Shown here: in pieces, positions 25,244 through 37,984 of the stretch
Layout: every line of letters starts with the position of its first letter
Position numbering within the stretch: position 1 is the first letter of the stretch
DNA from: the human T2T-CHM13v2.0 reference genome, Homo sapiens
Strand: one strand, 5' to 3'
NCBI RefSeq assembly: GCF_009914755.1
Contig: NC_060930.1
DNA length: 64,000 nucleotides
Notes under the pieces: model-generated
What the model was told of the DNA's origin: nothing
Databases searched by the model: none
Seen by the model: only the letters and a program-made list of their open reading frames with translations
Translations under genes and position numbers: made by a program

Positions 25244-26797
25244 CTCTGTCCACACTCACTACTCAGTCCAAACTCACTCCCCGTCCACACTCACTGCCCA
25301 TCCACACTCACTCAGTCCACACTCACTCACTTCCATCCACACTCACTGCCCATCCACACTCACTGCCCATACAACTCACTCCCCCATTCACACTCCCTCC
25401 CCATCCACACTCACTCCATCCACACTCACTCACTTCCATCCACACTTACTCCCCATCCACACTCACTCCCCTATCCACACTCACTCCCCCATCCACATTC
25501 TCCCTCCCCCATCCACACTCTCCCTCTGTCCACACTCACTACTCAGTCCAAACTCACTCCCCATCCACACTCACTCCCCCATCCACACTCACTCCCCCAT
25601 CCACACTCTCCCTCCACCATCCACACTCTCCCTCCCCCATCCACACTCCCTCCCCATCCACACTCACTCCCCATCCACACTCACCATCCACACTCACTCC
25701 CATCCACACTCACTCCCCATCCACACTCATTCCCCCTTAAACACCATCCACACTCACTCCCCATCCACACTCATTCCCCATCCACACTCATTGCCCCATA
25801 AACACCATCCACACTCACTCCCCATCCACACTCACTCCCCATCCACATTCACTCCCATCTATACTCACTCCCCATCCACACTCATTCCCATCCACAGTCA
25901 CTCCCCATCCACACTCACTCCCCCATCCACACTCTCCCTCCACCATCCACACTCTCCCTCCCCCATCCACACTCCCTCCCCATCCACACTCACTCCCCAT
26001 CCACACTCACCATCCACACTCACTCCCATCCACACTCACTCCCCATCCACACTCATTCCCCCTTAAACACCATCCACACTCACTCCCCATCCACACTCAT
26101 TCCCCATCCACACTCATTGCCCCATAAACACCATCCACACTCACTCCCCATCCACACTCACTCCCCATCCACATTCACTCCCATCTATACTCACTCCCCA
26201 TCCACATTCACTCCCATCTATACTCACTCCCCATCCACACTCATTCCCATCCACACTCACTCCCCATCCACACTCCCCATCCACACTCACTCCCATCCAC
26301 ACTCCCCATCCACACTCATTCCCCCATAAACACCATCCACACTCACTCCCCATCCACACTCATTGCCCCGTAAACACCATCCACACTCACTCCCCATCCA
26401 CACTCACTCTCCATCCACATTCACTCCCATCTACACTCACTCCCCATCCACACTCATTCCCCATCCACACTCACTCTATCCACACTCACTTCCCATCCAC
26501 ACTCACTCCCCATCCACACTCATTCCCATCCACACTCGCCATCCACACTCACTCCCATCCACACTCGCCATCCACACTCACTCCCATCCACACTTACTCC
26601 CCATCCACACTCATTCCCCCATAAACACCATCCACACTCACTCCCCATCCACACTCATTCCCCATCCACACTCACTCCATCCACACTCACTCCCCGTCCA
26701 CACTCACTCCCGTCCGCACTCACTCCCATCCACACTCACTCCCCGTCCACACTCACTCCCCATCCACACTCACTCCCCCATCCACACTCACTCCCAT
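25244..26797 (+). repeat. 17-bp minisatellite (TCCACACTCACTCCCCA)n with higher-order blocks, intron 9
   Basis: Unit visible; variant blocks recur at 25244/25524 and 25734/26060. Confidence 0.97.
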
Positions 26798-27091
26798 GAC
26801 AGAGCTGCGGTGCTGGATCATTCTTCCTTTAATTACAGTCTGTCCTGAACTGGAATGAAACGGGGCTATCTCAGAGGAGGTTTGCGCTGAGCACAGGTGA
26901 GCAGAATTAATCACAAAGGATGGGTTCATTACCGAGCCAGGCCCGGGATGGCAGCCCCCTTTGCTGCTCGGCTGGGGCTGGGCTGGGCTGGAACAGGCCC
27001 TGACACCCCGGATCCCGGCTCCAGCTGTGGCTGCTCACTGTGAGCTGCCTGCAAGCCCGCCCACCCAGGGCCCCGCCTTCACCGTACTTAC

Positions 27092-27268
27092 TTGGGCATG
27101 GGGCGCCCTGGCAGGCTTTGGTCTCCCGGCCACTCCCTTTGCAATTCTTGCCCCCCATCTGGGGCACTGGGGAGTTGCAGAGACGGATGCGTGTGATATT
27201 GCCAACTCCACAGGTCACAGAGCATGAAGACCAAGGTGACCAGTGGCTCCAGCCGCCGTCCTGCCGGA
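27092..27268 (-). CDS. THBS2: THBS2 exon 9: TSR 2
   Basis: [33 protein letters not shown]; 177 nt, phase 1-1. Confidence 0.98.
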
Positions 27269-27546
27269 CTAACACAAGAAGCAGAGAGAGATCAGGCTGT
27301 GCCGCCTAGAGGGGTATTTGCCTGTAAGCGGTGTGCCTTATTAACTGAGGAGCATCTCACAGCTGCTGAGGAGAGGGAAGGAGAACCCCTCCCATCAGCT
27401 GGGAGAAAGAGCCTCACCTGGCTAGAATCCTTGCAAAGGCCCAGCACCTCGTGAGGGCAGCTCTGTCCCTTGCAAAGGTCCCGATGACTGAGAGAAACGC
27501 GGCCCCACCCCCACAGGCACGCGGGTGTCACCTGCCCGACACTCAC

Positions 27547-27717
27547 TGCGGGTGTCACACTTGCTCAGACTGCAAGCCCGTGTCTGGATGGAGGGCCCCA
27601 AGCAGGTGTTGCTGGTGACGTCACAGGACCGGCCTCTCTGCTGGGTCCCAGAGCCACACGTCACGGAGCACTGGGTCCACTCTGCCCACGGAGACCAGCC
27701 CTCCTCACCGTCCACCG
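27547..27717 (-). CDS. THBS2: THBS2 exon 8: thrombospondin type-1 repeat 1
   Basis: [25 protein letters not shown]; 171 nt, phase 1-1. Confidence 0.98.
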
Positions 27718-29520
27718 CTGCCAGAGGAAGCAAACACAGTGGCATCAGGCCCTGCCTCACAGACGTGCCACAGAACAGAACGGGCACAGGGCAGCTGGCG
27801 TGGGGCCACAGTTCATGCATCCAGGAATCTGAGGGGCCACTGCCTGGCTGGGGCAGGTGGACATCCCAGTGGCTGGGCCGTGGCTCCGTGGGACCCAAGT
27901 TTGTGACCTGCACGGGAGTTCAGGGACTGCCTTTCAAGAGAAGAGCAAAAACGCCTTTCTGGGTCTACTATTAGGGTGCTGAGGGGAGCTAAATCCATGT
28001 GTGTCCAGGAAAGTCTCTTAATCGATTTTATAAAATAGCTTGCCAAAGACAGTGTTGAATCTTTTCTACATGAGGTTTCATTAAAGTTACAAAAATGTAA
28101 CGTATTTCCATTTAACCTCTGTTCGCTGATTTACATAATGTAGTGAAACATTTCAATTATTGGTGAAAATTACAGGTCACTTATTTCCAAGTAAACTGAA
28201 ACAAGCTAATAAAAAGGAGATTCCCTGTAAAGAAATTCTTCATAGGTAATCACAGCCGCTAAATGGGGGGAAAGAGCAACCTGACGCCAGAAATCATTCC
28301 CGTGAGGAGAGAAGCCCAGTGAATGCGCCATGACTCAGTGTTCTAGAAAGCAGGGAAATGAAAGAAAAGAAAAATGGTCAAGGAGGTCTTTTCCTGGTCA
28401 TGATGCTCCTGATAACATAAAATGTCTCCTTCTAGTCTAATGTGGGCCCTTTGATTATCAAGATTATATTTTTATGCTTTGCCAGGAGCATTCTGACTTT
28501 GTGAATACCTAACAGGCACTTTTACGCATATTGAATTGTTGGTTTTAATTATAAGACTAACTGTATAGGGGATACATTTTCTGCATGTTACAGGCAATAA
28601 ATTTGAAACTCAGAAAAATCCCATTTTATTCAAAATCACAGAGTGGCAGAGCGTGAGCTCTGAGTCCCTTCATTCTCTGTCCACATCAGAGGTAAGGTGC
28701 CCTGAGGATGACACAGCTCTGGGGCCACAGGGACATTCTGGGAATGTTTGGGGGATGGTGACTAGTTTAGTTTGGGAGAAGCGTTGCCTGATCTTAGTGC
28801 AGCAGCAACTTGGGGTGTAGACCTGAAGCACCTTGCCAACGGCACGGCACTGGGGAGCCACGGATGGCTCAGGAGCTCTGGGTGGGGTCAGCAGAGCTAA
28901 CTTGGGAAGGGAACTCGGGGCAGGGGTGGGAGGCAGCACAGAGACCTGAGGGCAGCGTTGGGGCCAACTCAGTCTCTGAACGTGCACTGAGTTTCCAGGG
29001 TGGCCCAGGAACCCCCAGGGTGCCCACACGTGGTTCCTCTCCATCTCAGGTTCTGTTCCTTAGAATGTATTTCTATCCCTTAGAACATATTCTTCGGATA
29101 ACAGTCTTTGGTTTTTGTTTGTCTGATTTTCTATTGTTTTTTCCAGGAGTGTGTGTACAGTGATCACTTGCTGCCATAACACAGTCACAGATCTACGTGT
29201 GTTCTCTGACTCTCAGCTGGGGCTCCATCGGGGCCTGCTCTGGGCTCACCTGCGTGACCACTGGGCTCAGCTTCCTCGTCTGAGAAGCATCAGGACTGGC
29301 CTTCCCACCCCCGCGTTCCCAGGGCTTCCACACTCCTTTCTAGCCATGAGTCAGTCCTCAGTGGATGACCAGTGGCCTGGGGTGGCCCTCTGATTCTCTC
29401 ACCTGTACTCAGGGGGCTGAACCTCACTCTTCTCTGCCAAAACCAACCAATGAATAAATAAACAAACAAGCATGGAATTCCTAAAAATGCAGGATGCGCT
29501 TGCCGGCTGGCGATACTCAC

Positions 29521-29617
29521 AGTGGAGGCAGGAAGGGCAGCATTCGCCTTCCACAAAGGATGGACTGGCGCAGGTTGCAGGCGGGCAGGTGATTTGGTGG
29601 CAAATGGTTTTAAATTT
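29521..29617 (-). CDS. THBS2: THBS2 exon 7: end of vWC domain
   Basis: KFKTICHQITCPPATCASPSFVEGECCPSCLH; 97 nt; donor GTGAGT. This frame is not in the supplied ORF track. Confidence 0.96.
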
Positions 29618-30373
29618 CTACAAGTGAAGAAAGGCATGCATGGAACACTCATTTAAAAGGAGGGGACGCTGGTACAAGGGCTGAGACTAGAAGGGGTCGA
29701 CAGAATGGCTGAATGTTTTCCATCCTATGGACCATACATTACAGAGATGTGAAAATAAGGGCATCTTTTTCTCCCATTAGTGCTGACAGCCTAACAAGAA
29801 CAGGGCCCCCAGATGGCTCTTTGCATCCATTCCATTCCTTTCTCCCTTCACTGAGCAGCAAGGATGCAACAGAGAGCTCCAAGCTTCCTGGAAGGAGGGA
29901 AGAAAAGACGGGCAGCAGGAACTCCTGTTATCTAAGGTAATGCTGAGGCCATTGTCAGCAGAAATAGAGTAACATTAAAAGCTAAATTGTCTGTCTGTAA
30001 GACTTCAGGCAGTGGCTTGTATTTCCCCCAAACGTTTCTGCTGAGCCTCAGGCTCTGTTGGAACCGGATGGAATTAAATGCAGAGTCTAGGGCCATGTCT
30101 GGCTTCTCTGTTCCTCCTGTTTCTAACCAACTGGGGACGCTGGCCAGGTTGCTCCCCCTCTCTGGGCTCTGGTTCTTTATGTGCAAACAAAGAGGTTGAT
30201 TCAAGTCCTAAATACGGTTCCTGGCCCTTCTGTGTTTCTTACACTGAAATTTCCTCACATAGCTGAACCGGTTTCACACATCAGCACTGAACGCTGGCAT
30301 TTCCAGGCAGTCAGGTTCTGCCAAGTGTCCGATGGTGGCCTCTTCCCCCAAGAGCCGTGTTCTGGGGCCTCAC

Positions 30374-30514
30374 CTTGCAGGTACACGTGGTGCAGCTGTC
30401 CACCACCCACGTTTCATTTTCCGCAAAGAACCGGCCATCCTGCCAGCAAGCTGACATGTTCCTTGTCTTAGGAGGGCCACCAATGAGCTCCCAGAGAAAC
30501 TGGTTATCATTCGA
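30374..30514 (-). CDS. THBS2: THBS2 exon 6: start of vWC (procollagen homology) domain
   Basis: SNDNQFLWELIGGPPKTRNMSACWQDGRFFAENETWVVDSCTTCTCK; 141 nt. Confidence 0.97.
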
Positions 30515-30894
30515 CTGGAAAATCAAGTGAAACATTTAAGTGTAGACAATAATACTACATATTTAGTCATCATGCTTGTGGATGAAAAACAAAGTTCCTC
30601 CTTCATTAAAAAGCTCTAAAGTCAAGTAAGACTTGACTCATCCCTGGGTGGAAGTTCCGGAAGTTGTCCTCCATCCTCACGGGGCTTTCTGAGCCACAGC
30701 TTCGTCACTGCCTGGGCTTCTGGGGCTCCCCATCCACCTGCCTTCCTGGAGAGTGGAAATCGCGTGGCTCACATCACACCTGGACCAGTGCAGAGCAACG
30801 CTGGGGCTCCTTCGACTGGGGACGCCAGGTGGGACTGGGGTGGGAACTAGGTCCCCAGGCAGCAGCCATAACGACAGGCAGGGATACAGCCAAG

Positions 30895-31022
30895 CTCCTG
30901 CCCTCGCCACCCTCCCTGCCCCGGTCTCCTGCCATCGACCCCCTCCCTGCCCCAGGCTCCTGCCCTCGCCGCCCTCCCTGCCCCGGACTCCTGCCCCTGC
31001 CGCCCTCCCTGCCCTGGGCTCC
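30895..31022 (+). repeat. ~31-bp GC-rich tandem repeat x4
   Basis: CTCCTGCCCTCGCCRCCCTCCCTGCCCCGG units. Confidence 0.85.
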
Positions 31023-31321
31023 ATCTCCTGGCATCATTTACTTCATGCCCTCTGGGTACGAGTGACAGTCAGCATCACTGCACCCTGGTTAGCCATGTGT
31101 ATGTTGTGGGGCACCGTGGCCCGGAGCACCTCATTATGTTCAGTCCCTTTCTCTAAACTGCGAGCTGCCCGTCCTGAGCCCCGCAGGCATCGCTCTCTCT
31201 TCCTGGCCACGCTGTGCCGCTCAAACCCATTTCACTCCTGCCAGCCTCACAGGAACTTCCCGTCCTGCCTCTTCAGCTATGCCAACATGCAGTCCTTGAA
31301 ATAAAATTATTTTCCTCTGCA

Positions 31322-31366
31322 GGTGTGTGTGTGTGTGTATGTGTGTGTATGTGTGTGTGTGTGTGT
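31322..31366. repeat. (TG)n microsatellite
   Basis: Interrupted TG run. Confidence 0.9.
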
Positions 31367-31671
31367 ACACTCATACCTACAGATTTACCAAGGAGGTAAA
31401 TTTCCCAAAATTAAGAATTTATTTTGGAGACTGTGCCCAGGACTGTTTTCCTTGGGAATACTTCCCAAGATCTACCCAACTTCCCTCTAACAATGCTGAA
31501 TATTGAGCAAGGATCCTGAGGAGCCCGGCAGACACCTCCCCTGTGAACTGTGGGTTTTTACATCGAGCATGAGGCACTGCCAAGCCAGGGAATGTTGATA
31601 CCTGCTGAGATGGGCCAGCGGCGGAGCTGCCCATGCCCTATGACCCCCGCGGCCCCTGCGTGAGTACCCAC

Positions 31672-31868
31672 CACTCTCTTGAGGTTCTCGCTGAGCTGGT
31701 TCACGAGGACGTGGAGCCCCGAGAGCTCCTGGACCATGTTTCCCAGCTCCTCGCACGAGCGTTCGCACACCTCGGGCCTCCTCTCCGAGCTGGGGCCCAC
31801 GTACTCGGTGGTGACATGCGGACCCAGGCGCAGCGTCTCTGTGTTCTCACTGATGGCGTTGATCTCAG
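31672..31868 (-). CDS. THBS2: THBS2 exon 5: trimerisation cysteines and coiled coil
   Basis: AEINAISENTETLRL...VCERSCEELGNMVQEL...NLKRV; 197 nt. Confidence 0.97.
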
Positions 31869-31903
31869 CTGAGGGCAAGCGTAGAAGGGCCGTGAGCATC
31901 ACA

Positions 31904-32084
31904 GAGGACGGGGCCAGCAGCAGGGGCTGGGAACAGAGGGAGGATGACCCGCCCTGGCTCCCGGAGCGGCCTGGTGCTGGGAGACACAAGGCGGAGGACT
32001 GGGCCAGCAGCAGAGGCCAGGACCACAGGGAGGACCATCTGCCCTGGCTCCCAGAGTGGCCTGGTGCTGGGTGACACCAGGAAC
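31904..32084. repeat. ~90-bp tandem duplication just upstream of the exon 5 acceptor
   Basis: GAGGAC.GGGCCAGCAGCAG...GCCCTGGCTCCC.GAG.GGCCTGGTGCTGGG.GACAC occurs twice. Confidence 0.85.
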
Positions 32085-32450
32085 AGCAGGGACAGGGGAC
32101 AGTGGCTATTTCCCACGCTGCCACATGTCACAGAAGGAGCAGAGCAGAAATTAGCTCAGGAGTGGGGAGACGCATCAGCATAGGAGAGGCCTGCACAGTC
32201 CAAACGCAGGAGCACCAGTGGCCACGCATGTCACTCAGACCCAGGTCCCCTCTTTGCAAAGCTTCCGACCACAAATCTGCTTCTTGAACACATCCCCCAT
32301 ATGTTCTGACGGCTCCTCTCGACTCTTCATCCTTTTTTTTTCATCCCCAAACACCCTTTCTTATGGCTCCTTGCTCTGCTTTAAAGAAAATTCACTATCC
32401 TCTTGCTCAAACAGCCAGTCCCCTTGAGACTGTGCCTTGCTCCTCCTGGC

Positions 32451-33983
32451 CTTCCCACCTTCCCACTGCTCCTAACTTCCCACCTTCCCCCAAATTCCCA
32501 CCTTCCCACATTCCCACCTTCCCACCACTCCCACCTTCCCACCTTCCCACCTTCCCACCGCTCCCACCTTCCCACCTTCCCACTGCTCCCACCTTCCCAC
32601 CTTCCCATCTTCCCATCTTCCCACCTTCCCACCACTCCCACCTTCCCACCACTCCCACCTTCCCACCACTCCCACCTTCCCACCACTCCCACCTTCCCAC
32701 CTTCCCATCTTCCCACCTTCCCACCACTCCCGCCTTCCCACCTTCCCACCTTCCCACCGCTCCCACCTTCCCACCTTCCCATCTTCCCATCTTCCCACCT
32801 TCCCACCACTCCCACCTTCCCACCTTCCCACCACTCCCACCTTCCCACCTTCCCACCTTCCCACCGCTCCCACCTTCCCACCTTCCCATCTTCCCATCTT
32901 CCCACCTTCCCACCACTCCCACCTTCCCACCTTCCCACCACTCCCACCTTCCCACCTTCCCACCTTCCCACCGCTCCCACCTTCCCACCTTCCCATCTTC
33001 CCATCTTCCCACCTTCCCACCACTCCCACCTTCCCACCTTCCCACTGCTCCCACCTTCCCACCTTCCCACATTCCCACCTTCCCACATTCCCACCTTCCC
33101 ACCACTCCCACCTTCCCACCTTCCCACCTTCCCACTGCTCCCACCTTCCCACCTTCCCACATTCCCACCTTCCCACCTTCCCACCTTCCTACCGCTCCCA
33201 CCTTCCCACCTTCCCACATTCCCACCTTCCCACCTTCCCACTGCTCCCACCTTCCCACCTTCCCACATTCCCACCTTCCCACATTCCCACCTTCCCACCT
33301 TCCCACTGCTCCCACCTTCCCACCTTCCCACCACTCCTACCTTCCTACCTTCCCACCGCTCCCACATTCTCACCTTCCCACCTTTCCACCTTCCCACCAC
33401 TCCTACCTTCCCACCTTCCCACATTCCCACCTTCCCACCTTCCCACATTCCCACCTTCCCACCTTCCCACCGCTCCCACCTTCCCACCTTCCCACCGCTC
33501 CCACCTTCCCACCTTCCCACTGCTCCCACCTTCCCATCACTCCCACCTTCCCACCGCTCCCACCTTCCCACCTTCCCACCACTCCCACCTTCCCACCTTC
33601 CCACCGCTCCCACCTTCCCACCTTCCCACCTTCCCACCACTCCCACCTTCCCAGTGCTCCCATCTTCCCACCTTCCCACCACTCCCACCTTCCCACCTTC
33701 CCACATTCCCACCTTCCCACCTTCCCACCTTCCCACTGCTCCCACCTTCCCACCTTCCCACATTCGCACCTTCCCACCTTCCCACATTCCCACCTTCCCA
33801 CCTTCCCACCGCTCCCACCTTCCCACCTTCCCACTGCTCCCACCTTCCCACCTTCCCACCACTCCTACCTTCCCACCTTCCCACCGCTCCCACCTTCCCA
33901 CCTTCCCACATTCCCACCTCTCCCACCTTCCCACCTCTCCCACCTTCCCACCACTCCCACCTTTCCACATTCCCACCACTCCC
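32451..33983 (+). repeat. (CCTTCCCA)n 8/9-mer VNTR, ~1.5 kb, intron 4
   Basis: Directly visible; source of the 541/606/532-aa pseudo-ORFs. Confidence 0.98.
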
Positions 33984-35057
33984 TCTGAAGCCCTAGATCA
34001 TGGGACCTGGGTGGGTATGGCATGTAATTTACAAATTGACCTGAGGCGAGTCAGGGACGGAGGCGGGGTCCAGTCCTCAGGTCAGCGGGGCCTGCGCAGT
34101 TGCAGTCAGGGCCCAGGCTCTAGGCCGGAGCTCACCTTACCCCCATGTAGGACCCTGCTCCCTCTCAGGGGTGAAGATCCCATCTTTGAAATGCCTGACT
34201 TCTCTCGGACAGTCCATTATTGAGGAAAGACTTAGACATTTTACAGCGCTGTCAGGCATTCCGTGATTGAGTTTTTAATCACTTGGTTATAAACTGTGCT
34301 GCAATTCATACTAAGCTCAGAAGCTTCCCCTCGGATTTATGTTGCCCATAACCATGTACAATCAGGTCAATATCAACACATTAATAGAGACAAAGAAACC
34401 ACCCTGAGTGGATTTTACCCAGCACACTAATCTTTAACTAACCTAGGGTATTTGTTTTTCATTCCTCTAAAAGTTAAACAAAAGACCGCATATATCTTTG
34501 CTTCTGCTCTGGCTCTGACAGGAATGTAGTTTTACCTGGTAGTAAAACCTTCCAGCTAACTTGCATTTCTCCAGGCTTCTGCCAGTATTCTCAGTTGTAA
34601 AATAATAATGGCTCAGCCTCTTCACAAGGTTACTCTCATTTTTAACAAACAGTGGAAAAGGGGATGTCATTACCAAGAACCAATTCATGAACTAGCTGTT
34701 TGTATAAGACCAATTTTCCTTAAGTCTGACATAACCAGTGAAGAAGAAGTCTTTGTTGTGTTGGCAAAGATCTCCAAATGGGACATTGGCATCCACCTGG
34801 TTTTGAGTAGACTAACTCATGGGTGATTGCCACATATGGTCCGGTAGATATATGTATATAGATCCATACTTATTCTACACATCTGGAGATAACAGATCTA
34901 GATTTCTCTGTGTTTTTTTTTTTTTTTTTTGGAAGATCTAAGAGTTTCCCATAAGTTTTAAAGGTTTGCTTTTGATAGTTCCAGGGATTATTGACTTGTA
35001 CCTGTGAGCCTAGGAAATACCTGCTGAAGGAGGCTGCACCTACTAGGGTGTATGCTG

Positions 35058-35059
<2 letters not shown>

Positions 35060-35093
<34 letters not shown>
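35060..35093. repeat. (CA)n microsatellite
   Basis: Perfect run. Confidence 0.95.
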
Positions 35094-35094
<1 letters not shown>

Positions 35095-36259
35095 GGTGTT
35101 TGCTCACATAGAGGTGTAAGTCACGTTTGTCATAGTAGGTTAGTTTTACTCACTGACCATTATGACAACTGACTCAACATGCCATGGACAACCTTAGCTC
35201 TAGTTTAACTGAACCCACGTGAAATTATAGTACAAACATGTGATTAGGAACACCGCGAAGGGTATATTTTCTTTCATACAAAGAATATTTGCATATATGT
35301 TTTGTTTATAAAAACAATATTTTTCTATATTAGTGAAAATACACACGCACGCACACACACACACACACGTATACATATAAATATATCAGACTGAAAAAAC
35401 ATTATTGCAACAAAAAGTACCCAAAAGCCCCACAGCCAACTGCACCCCAGGAACCCCCAGAAGAGCACTGCCTCATGAAGCTGAGGCCCTGGCACGCAGA
35501 GTGCTGGAGCCAAGATAACTCTGCCTGTGCTGCAAATCACCCCTCAGGTAACAGGCACAGTGAGGGTCGTGGTGGGGGTGACAGTTGTAGCTGGAATGAG
35601 GGTTGGTCTTAGAACACCCTTCTCCCTGCATTGATGATCAAATGTCTCCTTGTTCTCCTTCCTCACAGGACGTGCACAAGGACCCGGACCTGCAAAGTGT
35701 AACTGAAGAGTGGGCTACGCACCCCGGTTCTGAAGTAGGCGGTGGGATCACAGAGTCATTGTGCACCAAAGATACCAAATCTCACATATTCCTGATGTAT
35801 AGATTCATGACATAACAGTTTACGCTTGTCATAATTTGGAATTGAAATGGCCTGGCCTTCGTGTGCACACGGCCACACCGTGTGGCAGACGTGAGCTCCG
35901 CTTTGAGGCTGTCAGACAGACCCAGGCAGCAGCCCTGCTCCCTGCTCACTGGGGAGCTCAACATGGCAGCCACACAGCACTCCCTTGGGTGCCAGCCTTC
36001 ATCTTTGTAAAATGAAGAAAGTGAAAGTGCCCATCTCACGTAGTCATTCTGAAGATTAGATGATGTACGGCATTTAATGAACCTGTCATAGTGACCTTCA
36101 GAATTAAATGCTCAAGAAAATATTGGAAAGTGTGCTTGGAAATATGATTCACAATTGTAACTAACAGAAAAGATGAGATCATCTGTCAATGATTTAAGTA
36201 GCATAGATTTCCATCATATGATGGAGTCAACAACTATGAACAGTATAAGAAAACTTCTA

Positions 36260-36573
<314 letters not shown>

Positions 36574-36945
36574 TCAAGTTCGACAAATATCTATGACTTT
36601 CCTTAGGCAGACAAGCATCACACATTAATATACTGGAAAAGTTGTCTATATTTCAACTCATATTAAAGCACCAGCTATTTATATTTTGTCTTCTATAATA
36701 AAATTATTTGGATGATTAAAATCTACTTAAAATTAACTGTTTAATCAATTTATTATTTTCAGATATCAACATGTCTAAGTTGACCAGCTAAGTCACTCAA
36801 AGACAATAGTGGTAGTTACCCAAATATTTTTACTTAAATTTTTACAAGCATGAATGCACACACATACACACACACACATACACCATGTCACAATAGAAAT
36901 CCATCCAAGCCAGTATATAAAATGCATTTTTCACAACACACCTAC

Positions 36946-37030
36946 CTCCCTGGCCTTGCTGGCAACCCTTCTTGCTTAGAATATCTTCCACAGAGTTTTC
37001 AAACACTAGGTGGACGTTCTGAAGCAAACC
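36946..37030 (-). CDS. THBS2: THBS2 exon 4: end of TSPN/linker
   Basis: GLLQNVHLVFENSVEDILSKKGCQQGQG; 85 nt; donor GAG|GTAGGT. Confidence 0.97.
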
Positions 37031-37984
37031 CTGTAAGTATACACAAGCAGAAAAATAGAGCAACAGATAAACATCCAATGTTTGATGCCAAGCTAACTGA
37101 CATTCTAAAAATACAAGTTGGAATCTTCAAGTAGTGAGAGTATTTCCTTCTACGTAGCAGGTTTGCAATCTCTTTATAATCAGTTTTTCTGTATATAGTA
37201 CTTTTGAAATTTTGTTTTTAAGCATGACACAAGAAATGGAAGTGTAATGTAAGAAATCTACCTAGAAGAAGGAAATGTTTCATAAATAAGAGTGAGATGG
37301 CCCTTGGAGAGGTGTGGCCTGCTGTGTGTTCTGGGCATGTTCCCATGGACGTTCAAGGCCATTCGTTCCTTGCAAGTCACTCATGATTAGCGAGTTTCTG
37401 CATTTGGCAAAGAGGCTCACAGAGTCCCACTGGTCCTCTCAGAGACACAGACCCTGGGCCTGCAGGAGCGCCTTCCGCAGCTGAGTTATGACGGGGCTGG
37501 GCCAGTCCTATATGGTATGGAACTCCTGGACACCCATGAGAAATTGACTCAACAACAAGCTATGCATCTCTAGACCTTTTACTCAAATTACTGAGTTTAA
37601 CCATGTACTTATTTCCAAGGCCCTACACGTCCGGGAGGGAGCAATGTACCATACACCATTGTGATTCTAAAGACCTGCAGTTTAAGATTCATTTCCAAAC
37701 ATATTTTAACCAAAATGGACATGAAACCATTCCCTCATAAATCACTAGCCCTTTCCCTTGGAAAAGGGCACCTGCTACTTTGCTCTCCCATCATTTCGCT
37801 ACTAAAGCAAACATTTAGGAGTGGTTTTGGTTGTGATCAAAAAAGTCTGGGATTGCTAGAAACATTTGAATAGGGTTGATTCCTTGATCATCAAACCAGC
37901 CTCAATCTCAACTGACGATAATTAGTGCAGTTAGGGAAGCACACCTGGGGCAGCCCTCTCTGATTAATCGTGGTTTAGAAAGGC

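Noticed and set aside
22275-26848. Long HTT/PHS-rich plus-strand ORFs
   Set aside because: Minisatellite artefacts antisense to THBS2.
32363-34223. 541/606/532-aa ORFs on both strands
   Set aside because: Translations of (CCTTCCCA)n with no coding signature.
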